Virus record (IMG/VR): IMGVR_UViG_3300050821_013430
Location: 186,001-250,000 of that record
Direction: 5' to 3' (one strand)
DNA length: 64,000 nt
In this document: piece after piece, positions 57,130 to 64,000 of the stretch
Layout: each line of letters starts with the position of its first letter
Position numbering within the stretch: position 1 is the first letter of the stretch
Program-made: the position numbers and the translations under genes
The notes under the pieces: generated by a model
Database searches by the model: none
What the model saw: the letters and a program-made list of their open reading frames with translations, nothing else
What the model was told of the DNA's origin: nothing

Positions 57130-57429
57130 TTATACCTCGTTATCTAATCCACACATCAATCTAAAACACTGCGGGCACCTATCATAATGACCGTATTTGA
57201 GCACCTTGGATATCTGAATGTTATTGGCAGGCCTGCTGGTAAATTTGGGAGCCATCATCCAATCCGTCTCGTATGAATCCGTTTTGGTTAGAATTGGATT
57301 CTTATGGGGTAATTCCAATCTGACGCAGCAGCCAGCACCACACGTGCTAATCACGCAGCCTTGTATTACTATGTTGCCAATTGTAGCGGAAACAATATCT
57401 CCCTTGTTGATTTCGGATAGCGCAATCAT
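57130..57429 (-). CDS. Hypothetical with variant tag CPQCFRLMC
   Basis: ORF track. Confidence 0.5.
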   Translation of the reverse strand: MIALSEINKGDIVSATIGNIVIQGCVISTCGAGCCVRLELPHKNPILTKTDSYETDWMMAPKFTSRPANNIQISKVLKYGHYDRCPQCFRLMCGLDNEV

Positions 57430-57794
57430 TCATCATCTCCAAGTTCTACGGACACCAAACGTCCATCTGGCGTCGTGTCAAATCCCCGCAGTAGATCATC
57501 AATCTGGTGATGATCCCATGCCTCTAACCACACACGCACGCGTGCAAGTAAGGGCTTGTAGGATGGTAGGTGGCCCGATAAAGGGTAGGACGCAGAAAGA
57601 AACCCAATAGCGATAGTGGTGGTGGTAATCTTGCCTAAATCCACGGCTGCCAATGTTGCATCGATGGCTGCAAAGTCGGGCCTCTCATCGAAAGAGCAAC
57701 AAGCACGATAGATCAGGTCGAGCGCACGATCAATTCGGTTTTCGGATTGTAAGGCGTAGAGTTTGTCCCAATCGAGTGGTGTAAGGTCGCTCAT
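57426..57794 (-). CDS. Hypothetical protein
   Basis: ATGA overlap. Confidence 0.45.
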   Translation of the reverse strand: MSDLTPLDWDKLYALQSENRIDRALDLIYRACCSFDERPDFAAIDATLAAVDLGKITTTTIAIGFLSASYPLSGHLPSYKPLLARVRVWLEAWDHHQIDDLLRGFDTTPDGRLVSVELGDDE

Positions 57795-58063
57795 TTTCCC
57801 CATAACTCAGTTATCGGATACATATGCGCACCTTCGTGATTTGCTTCGAGTTGGCATTGCGGCCCGAGGAAGGTTCTCTCCTGTTGGCAACGATTGGTCT
57901 CACCTTTTAGTTCAACCATTGTTCGTAGAGTAGCACGCAAGCGTTCGTTCTCAGCACGCAACTCAACAATCTCTTGCTGCTCTTTGGTGCCGGGGCAGGG
58001 CAAATGGTCGCGGTAATCCTCACCAGTTCTAAACTTGGTTCCGCAGGTGCAAAAATCATCCAT
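57791..58063 (-). CDS. Hypothetical protein (Cys/His clusters and coiled coil)
   Basis: GGAG SD. Confidence 0.5.
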   Translation of the reverse strand: MDDFCTCGTKFRTGEDYRDHLPCPGTKEQQEIVELRAENERLRATLRTMVELKGETNRCQQERTFLGPQCQLEANHEGAHMYPITELWGK

Positions 58064-58077
58064 TGAGTATTCTCCTA

Positions 58078-58248
58078 TTATAGGGGTAGATAGACGCCCT
58101 TAGGCAAACGAATTTGCAAGTCCTTAGCCACCGATAGGTTGGTGCTAAACCGATCGATATACTCAGCAATCTCTCCGTATAAGTCCTGCAATTCGCTCAC
58201 CTCAGTCTCTTCCGGCACTTCGATTTCAATGGTCATCTTGGTAATCAT
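58078..58248 (-). CDS. Hypothetical protein (56 aa, not in ORF track)
   Basis: Manual translation MITKMTIEIEVPEE...; GGAG SD. Confidence 0.5.
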   Translation of the reverse strand: MITKMTIEIEVPEETEVSELQDLYGEIAEYIDRFSTNLSVAKDLQIRLPKGVYLPL

Positions 58249-58562
58249 CAGTTCAACTCCTTGGTTTCCGTTTCTTTTCCGTGCTCCTCATACGGCTCTC
58301 CGCAGTCGGGACAAACACCTTCACAATGAGCGTCAAAAGCGCTCCAAAACTCATCTTCCGTCCAACCAGTCGTAGCCAAAAACAAATTCCATAGCGAGAT
58401 CATATGGAAATTGAGGGTTTCATCTTCTTCCAATCCATCGGGATGGAAGGCATTGAAAAGAGCGTCATATACCGAATTGACGCCATCAAAATCGGCTCGG
58501 AAGCCGGTGTCTAAAACTTCCTCTACTACTGGGGTCGTATCTTTCTTCTCTGTATCGTTCAT
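58248..58562 (-). CDS. Acidic hypothetical protein with C-terminal CPDC
   Basis: Start trimmed to MNDTEK; AAGGA SD. Confidence 0.5.
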   Translation of the reverse strand: MNDTEKKDTTPVVEEVLDTGFRADFDGVNSVYDALFNAFHPDGLEEDETLNFHMISLWNLFLATTGWTEDEFWSAFDAHCEGVCPDCGEPYEEHGKETETKELN

Positions 58563-58608
58563 CGTGTTATCCTTGTTTTTGAGGCCGCGTGGGCCGTATG
58601 ATAGGGGT

Positions 58609-58636
58609 AATGTAATCAGGATGAATTGAGTGTCAA
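58609..58636 (-). promoter_or_regulatory. Sigma70-type promoter TTGACA-16-TACATT
   Basis: TTGACACTCAATTcaTCCTGATTACAT, near-identical to 27641..27668. Confidence 0.55.
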
Positions 58637-58701
58637 GATTTTGGTAATCAGAATGATTGGAAAGGGCGAAAAACGCTGGTAGAACGGATATATAGACGCT
58701 G

Positions 58702-59700
58702 ATGACGAAAATCAATGTATCGCCCGAAAAACTCGCTGATATGGTGCGTCAAACTTCGATCGCTGAGGTGGCGAAAGAATTGAATTGTAGTGGTAATCTT
58801 ATTAGGACGGTTTTGCATCGAAACGGGTTCAGTAATCTGGTAATGAGGATGAATAAGCACATCCAATGGCCAACAAATGAAGCGCTTGTCGAATGGATCA
58901 ATAATGGATCACTAACATCCGTTGCCAAGCAACTAAATTGTTCAATAACGGCAGTCCATAGAAAGGTAAAAGTAGAGGGCTTATCTAACCTTATTGACAA
59001 GTACTCCAATTTCGTGGCTTACAACAAACAAGTGCTCTTGGATGAAGGGGCAGAGGCCTTTTACCTTTTGGGCGCCTTTATGACTGATGGGTGCATACGA
59101 AATACGCATTGTTATGCGAGCATAACATCAAAAGATGGTGATTGGATCGAGATCATCAAGAATACTCTTTGCCCCAATGCAAATATCGTCAAAACCGGCA
59201 ATGCTAACATACTCAGAATATGCTGCCTAAGAATTGTAGAGTGGTTTATTGACCATCAATGTACGCCCAAAAAGTCGCTAACCCTACAATTTCCCAATGT
59301 ACCGGACGAATACCTACCAGACTTTATTCGCGGATGCATCGATGGTGATGGAAGCATATCTAAAACTCACTCTTTTAGTAGGCGCAATAATCGATATTAT
59401 GATGCCGTATCTTGTTATCTTTGCGGCAGTTCCTTAGCGTTTATGCAAACACTTTGCGCTATACTTGAAAAACAAGGCATTGAGCATAGCCTACTCACTA
59501 TTGAGAACAATACATCAGTATTAGATGGTAGGGTTATAGAACAACAACACCCACACTATCGGGTGGGTTTCAAGCAGCGCACATTGGACAAATTCCTCGA
59601 ATGGATTTACTATCCGGGACATACATTGTCAATGCCAAGAAAGAAAGCATTGGCTGAATACGCTATCGCTTTTAGAAAGACCGTGCGGCCACATATTTGA
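58702..59700 (+). CDS. LAGLIDADG (DOD-type) homing endonuclease with N-terminal HTH repeats
   Basis: FYLLGAFMTDGCI and FIRGCIDGDGSI; two 'VAKxLNCS' HTH-like units. Confidence 0.8.
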   Translation: MTKINVSPEKLADMVRQTSIAEVAKELNCSGNLIRTVLHRNGFSNLVMRMNKHIQWPTNEALVEWINNGSLTSVAKQLNCSITAVHRKVKVEGLSNLIDKYSNFVAYNKQVLLDEGAEAFYLLGAFMTDGCIRNTHCYASITSKDGDWIEIIKNTLCPNANIVKTGNANILRICCLRIVEWFIDHQCTPKKSLTLQFPNVPDEYLPDFIRGCIDGDGSISKTHSFSRRNNRYYDAVSCYLCGSSLAFMQTLCAILEKQGIEHSLLTIENNTSVLDGRVIEQQHPHYRVGFKQRTLDKFLEWIYYPGHTLSMPRKKALAEYAIAFRKTVRPHI

Positions 59701-59720
59701 TCAACAATGATCAACTATTA

Positions 59721-60986
59721 TCAGGTCTGCTCAAATACCTTGACATATCGTTGGGCTATTTTCGTCCAACTATTCTCTTCTATGTGTTTGATTTGCTTGG
59801 CGATTTGGGCTTCCTTGCCAGCCGGATCAGAAAAGAGCTTGTCCAAATTCTCAGCAATTTGCTCAGGCGTGTCCGCTTTGATGGTAGGTAGGTCGCTAAA
59901 ATGGGGAATAGAGGAGCTGATCACCGGCATCCCCGCAGCCATCGCCAAACGAGCCGCGCCCGAGGCCCCGAAAACCTGATGGCCCGGTGCCGAGACATAG
60001 GGAAAGACCGCTACTTGATTGGTGCGCAAGTAGCTCTCTACTACCTGATCAGATTGAAACCCCCGCACAATACCAACTTGCTCCCGTACTCCCAGCTCTT
60101 CGATTAGCCTCATTAGGTCATCGAAGTAGAATTGATGCTCAGTTTTGGCGAAGGGACTTTCGGAAAAGACCGCAGTGAAGAAGATGTCCGGATGTTTGCC
60201 TTTCAGTAGAGCAGTGGCCCGGATGCAATGCTCGAAGCGTTTGTATCGTAGTCCAAACCCTATCTGAATGAATGTCTTCTCCGACCGATAGAGGTTCCAG
60301 AGTCGTTCCTTACGATATGGATAGCAGCCGTGAGGGATCAAATGGGTTTGGGCTAAAACGCCTTTGTTCCGAAGAGCTTGTTGTCCGCCCGGAAGATGCA
60401 CGATGATCTCATGCATTGCTGCTTCGCAAATGGTTTTGTCCAAGTGCGTTGGGAAGATGGAATGCATAATGGTGATGACACGAAAGTCGGAAAGTTGAGT
60501 GAGTAGGGAGAGCCAGTGCCGAGCATTGGGAAAGAGCCCGAACTCATGGTTGAGGAGTACGATGTCGGGATCATAGGACTTGACCTTGGCTACCAATTCG
60601 GTCAGACCTTCTCCTCGTTTCCAACAAGAGATGATCTTGTCCGATGTCAGTTTGGGATTGGTGTAGGACGGAACGGGAGGATTGCGTTCGGCAAAAATGC
60701 GAAGCTCGCCCACCATCTCTACCAGCTCATTGGCCAACGATTTTGCATAGGAAGCAAGTCCGCACTCCATATCCCAATTAGTGATGAAGGCTACTTTGAG
60801 TTTGGTGGGACACTTCTTTTCGCTCTTGCAGCAAATTTGTCCATCTACTATCTTGTAGTTGGTTAGCAGTTCCTTAGTTGGCACCCCATCCAAATCCTTA
60901 GCCTCAATTACTCGCAAGTCAGGATGATCAAATGGCTGATCAGAAACTAACTGGATACGATTCTGCTTGATTCCAAGGTACCGCAT
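59721..60986 (-). CDS. GT4-family glycosyltransferase
   Basis: CGLASYA, HEFGLF, TIMHS, IPHG, GFGLRYKRFE, ASGA..LAMAAG.PVI. Confidence 0.8.
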   Translation of the reverse strand: MRYLGIKQNRIQLVSDQPFDHPDLRVIEAKDLDGVPTKELLTNYKIVDGQICCKSEKKCPTKLKVAFITNWDMECGLASYAKSLANELVEMVGELRIFAERNPPVPSYTNPKLTSDKIISCWKRGEGLTELVAKVKSYDPDIVLLNHEFGLFPNARHWLSLLTQLSDFRVITIMHSIFPTHLDKTICEAAMHEIIVHLPGGQQALRNKGVLAQTHLIPHGCYPYRKERLWNLYRSEKTFIQIGFGLRYKRFEHCIRATALLKGKHPDIFFTAVFSESPFAKTEHQFYFDDLMRLIEELGVREQVGIVRGFQSDQVVESYLRTNQVAVFPYVSAPGHQVFGASGAARLAMAAGMPVISSSIPHFSDLPTIKADTPEQIAENLDKLFSDPAGKEAQIAKQIKHIEENSWTKIAQRYVKVFEQT

Positions 60987-60989
60987 CTT

Positions 60990-61943
60990 TTAGCCTCCAC
61001 CTATAATTGATCTCACTCTTGATTTCAGTTCCTCAAAGAGATGAGTTTCTATCGGTAGGTGCGGAGGTAGTTTCTTGCTTTTGGCCTGTTCTATGGCGGA
61101 AAAGAGCCGATCTTTCGAGAAACCAAAGAACGGCAGTAAAACCCCTCCTCCGGCATGAGTGAATTTCAACTTGTCATGATGGTGAATTGACACGCAGGGT
61201 GTTCCGGCTAATTCAGCCAGAATAGTGCCGTGGTATCGTTGGGTGATCACCAATTGATACTGTGAGAAGAGATAGGTAAGCCTTTCGATAGTGGGAGGTA
61301 CTTGGCATAGCAAACCGTCGAAGTTTCGAGCCGCAGTTTTGCTCAATATCTCCATCGAAGCGGCATGATCATCCAAAGTTGCGTTTTGACACATCGGATA
61401 GAAGTCAATCCGATACTCCGGATACAATGCTTCCAATGCCTGAGCAAACTCTGACTTGAAGTGTTCCCAAGCGGTCTGCTTCCAAATAGGATCGTTCCAA
61501 GTTGGAATGACCAAACAATTGGACATAATAAGAATGGCTTGTTGCTTATTCCAAGATCGAGTCTTGCCATCCAACGCATACACCAAATCAGGAATGTAAA
61601 TACTGTTGGGGTAGATCTGATTGGGGGAGCGGGTGGCGATCAGTTTGGCCCGATCCAATAGGGCTTGATGATCGGGATGGATATTGGTTTCCAATCCGAC
61701 CCCAATGTAGAGGATAGATCTAGCCCGCAATGCTTGCTTGACAGCAGCATCCGTCGGAAGCGGATTGTCCAAGAAGGATCCGCCCCCCAAGAAAACCGCA
61801 TCTGCGGCTTCTATGTCGATTTGATTGAGTTGATCGACAAACTTGAAGTCGATCTCAGGAAAGAGGTATTGGAAGGACTGCTTGAAGAGTTCATCTCCCG
61901 CGTTGCCCTTCCCATAAAACCCCCACACCAAAACTTTCGGCAC
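60990..61943 (-). CDS. Polysaccharide pyruvyl transferase family protein
   Basis: GFYGKGNAGDE, GGGSF, IATR, PDLV, ITQRYHG. Confidence 0.8.
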   Translation of the reverse strand: MPKVLVWGFYGKGNAGDELFKQSFQYLFPEIDFKFVDQLNQIDIEAADAVFLGGGSFLDNPLPTDAAVKQALRARSILYIGVGLETNIHPDHQALLDRAKLIATRSPNQIYPNSIYIPDLVYALDGKTRSWNKQQAILIMSNCLVIPTWNDPIWKQTAWEHFKSEFAQALEALYPEYRIDFYPMCQNATLDDHAASMEILSKTAARNFDGLLCQVPPTIERLTYLFSQYQLVITQRYHGTILAELAGTPCVSIHHHDKLKFTHAGGGVLLPFFGFSKDRLFSAIEQAKSKKLPPHLPIETHLFEELKSRVRSIIGGG

Positions 61944-61952
61944 TTGCTACCT

Positions 61953-62189
61953 TTAGTAGTCTGCTTCCCAAACTACTTCTCTGGCCGAAGAAACCGACCA
62001 TTCAATCACGAGGAAGTGTTGCCCATTAGTATGGGTTACCTCGAAATCGAGTTCATCTGGCACTGCATTACTGCAAGGAATTTCAACCAGTTCACACTTG
62101 AAATACACTCTTACTCTATCCGGCTTACCACGTCGCAAACGAAGTGATACCGAATTACTTCCAACTACAAGTAGTTCTCCACTGATCAT
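61953..62189 (-). CDS. Hypothetical protein
   Basis: GGAGG SD. Confidence 0.55.
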   Translation of the reverse strand: MISGELLVVGSNSVSLRLRRGKPDRVRVYFKCELVEIPCSNAVPDELDFEVTHTNGQHFLVIEWSVSSAREVVWEADY

Positions 62190-62285
62190 ATTGCCTCCAT
62201 ATAACTATGACAGGTTATGCAGTCAATTGTGAAGAATTAGCCCTCGTCGTCCGACAATCAGAGAATCGTTTGTAATGTGGCGGGC

Positions 62286-62573
62286 TTAGACCTTACAAAT
62301 CACCTGATCTTCGCGCAAAACCAAGTAGTTCTTGTTGTCAAACTTGACTTCGGACGCGGCGTGACGACGGAAGAGGATCCGATCACCGACTGCTACCTCT
62401 AAGGGCAGAATGCCATTGTTGGTAATACGTCCAGAGCCGATAGCAACGATGGTGGCCTCGATCTCGGCGGAGTCGATATTGCCCGGCTTATAGAGCAAGC
62501 CTCCGGCAATCTTCTCGTCTTCCTTCTTTTCGGGCGCTTCGCAGATAATTCCGTCTCGAATAGGTTGTAGCAT
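62286..62573 (-). CDS. groS: Co-chaperonin GroES (Cpn10)
   Basis: LQPIRD.II, mobile loop KIAGGLLYKP, AIGSG, VAVGDRILF, YLVLREDQV. Confidence 0.9.
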   Translation of the reverse strand: MLQPIRDGIICEAPEKKEDEKIAGGLLYKPGNIDSAEIEATIVAIGSGRITNNGILPLEVAVGDRILFRRHAASEVKFDNKNYLVLREDQVICKV

Positions 62574-62577
62574 AATG

Positions 62578-63135
62578 TTAGTCTCCTTGTATAGGCGTTT
62601 CAATGATAGTAATGAGTTGTGAAAAGGCCTGCTTGATCCGTTTGACTTGCGCAGGTTTAGAGAGTGAGAGTTGAATATCCTTGCAAGGCTGTTTCAATTC
62701 GGAGAGAAAGTCTTTCAGGATAGTAGGGTGATGATGCCAATAATCGTCTTTCAGTTTGGAATGGGCCCAGGAGATCAATTCCTTAGGCACCCAAGGCTTG
62801 TCGGTTTGGATAGCCTTTTTTCTGCCCACTTGCAGGATTTTGATTTTGGAATTGGCAACGAAGAGGTGGAAGTACTTGGTGATCTTGATTGTGGGCCAAT
62901 CAAATTCGGCAGCAAACTCGAAGAAGTTTCGATGTCCTCGGCGCTGGTTGCAGGGTTTGCAGGCAACGGTGAGATTGGTGGGGCAGAAGGCCCCGTCTTT
63001 TGAGTCAGGCACGATATGGTCTAAACTCACCTCTTCGAGATCGAGATAGCACTCGCAAAAACAGCAGATCGGCCCGTCTCGTTTGATCACTGCTTCGCGA
63101 ATGCGTTTCTCTTTACGGCGTTGGGAGGCGCTCAC
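62578..63135 (-). CDS. HNH endonuclease
   Basis: RDGPICCFC...SLDHIVP..KDG.....NL.VACKPCNQ.RG. Confidence 0.85.
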   Translation of the reverse strand: MSASQRRKEKRIREAVIKRDGPICCFCECYLDLEEVSLDHIVPDSKDGAFCPTNLTVACKPCNQRRGHRNFFEFAAEFDWPTIKITKYFHLFVANSKIKILQVGRKKAIQTDKPWVPKELISWAHSKLKDDYWHHHPTILKDFLSELKQPCKDIQLSLSKPAQVKRIKQAFSQLITIIETPIQGD

Positions 63136-63429
63136 TTAGTTGCTCAGTAGGCTTCTCAACTCATCTACTGGGTTGAGAGGCTTATTGTCCGAAGCGGTAA
63201 TCAGTTTGGCCAAATCCATCAGCGCATCCGATACCGTCTCTCCGGATGCCTTGAAAGCCACTTCTTTGCCGCGGCCGAAGGCGTCCTTATGTCTGACTGC
63301 GGAGACATACCACTTACCGTTCTTCAATTGACTGACTAATACGCCTGGGGCGGTCTTATCCTTGTCATACTTGAACGTTAGTGCTTTTGCCACCAACTCG
63401 ATCATCGTTTCTGTATTCGTGTTCTTCAT
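63136..63429 (-). CDS. Hypothetical protein
   Basis: Coupled ORF. Confidence 0.5.
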   Translation of the reverse strand: MKNTNTETMIELVAKALTFKYDKDKTAPGVLVSQLKNGKWYVSAVRHKDAFGRGKEVAFKASGETVSDALMDLAKLITASDNKPLNPVDELRSLLSN

Positions 63430-63965
63430 TGTACCTCTGGGAATAATGCGTTGAGTTCTTCTTGATCACGGTTCAATAACAAGCGATACCTTGCGAATTG
63501 ATTGCTTGGCCCGTTGTTGATGATTACGTGATTGCGGCGGAGGAAATCGAGTGTCGTATCGTACTCCTTGGAAGTGATCTTGCACTTCATCGCCTTGTCT
63601 AAATTCTGCTTGATTGTCGTGGTCAATATCGGAGTAGTCGTGTTGAGCAACGAGACCAATTTTTCCGCGATATCCTTCACCTTTGTAGGTGCCTTGTCCA
63701 AAATCGAAGTGATGCTGGGCTTAGCAGATGGTAATCTAATCACCGGTGCTATTGTTGGCAAGGTGAGTTGCGTCGATTTGGTTTTGCCATCTCCAATTCC
63801 AGTACGGATAATTCCAAGCAATTCCTTCTTGCACGAAGTAAAACAAGGAGAGCAAACTTTTCGACCTTTCTTCTCGTACTCTTCGACTGTGCAGGGCCGC
63901 TCCTTAGTTAGTTTTTGTTGGCAGGCAGAAGCAAACACTCCATCCGCATTCTTGACCAAATGCAC
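63426..63965 (-). CDS. Hypothetical protein (N-terminal Cys cluster, possible winged helix)
   Basis: ORF track. Confidence 0.45.
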   Translation of the reverse strand: MHLVKNADGVFASACQQKLTKERPCTVEEYEKKGRKVCSPCFTSCKKELLGIIRTGIGDGKTKSTQLTLPTIAPVIRLPSAKPSITSILDKAPTKVKDIAEKLVSLLNTTTPILTTTIKQNLDKAMKCKITSKEYDTTLDFLRRNHVIINNGPSNQFARYRLLLNRDQEELNALFPEVQ

Positions 63966-64000
63966 TTGATGCCCTTCCTTGGCGAAGTAGAGTTCGTTAT

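Noticed and set aside
21625-59700. Group I introns or inteins hosting the endonucleases
   Set aside because: Flanking genes (pseT, ligA, gmd, FGE, GT4) appear complete with natural termini, and there is no room for intron core structure or Hint motifs, so the nucleases look free-standing.
1-64000. Stop-codon reassignment as in some jumbo phages
   Set aside because: Conserved enzymes are full length in code 11 and end naturally on TAA (gmd), TGA (many ATGA overlaps) and TAG (ligA).
1-64000. CRISPR array, tRNA or rRNA genes, diversity-generating retroelement
   Set aside because: No regularly spaced direct repeats, cloverleaf-like intergenic segments or reverse transcriptase were recognised. 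Intergenic gaps are mostly under 100 nt. A tRNAscan/Infernal run would be the definitive check.

Overview
This window is most consistent with part of a large (jumbo) tailed-phage genome in the standard genetic code. Genes are densely packed and often translationally coupled, and nearly all lie on the minus strand. Phage hallmarks include rIIA/rIIB, a T4-like RNA ligase 1 and polynucleotide kinase, an NAD-dependent DNA ligase, an orphan GroES and a J-domain protein. It also carries a ~11 kb nucleotide-sugar/glycosylation cluster (gmd, perosamine-type aminotransferase, acetyltransferase, three tandem GT9-like paralogs, methyltransferases), a second GT4/pyruvyl-transferase pair, a BglII/BstYI-family type II R-M pair, purA, an IscA-type Fe-S carrier, Pth2, Fpg/Nei, a UvrD helicase, two MoxR-like AAA+ ATPases with a DUF2201/VWA partner, and nine putative free-standing homing endonucleases. 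The only four convincing plus-strand genes are all endonucleases. The most striking unexplained signal is a C-terminal C-[PAS]-Q-C-x3-H tag on 12 small proteins (plus one variant), most of them mutually unrelated, conserved at the protein level rather than the DNA level. A second is a repeated cassette of a small RHH-like regulator divergent from an antisense homing endonuclease. No tRNA, rRNA or CRISPR array was recognised. All family assignments come from motif recognition by eye; no database search was run.
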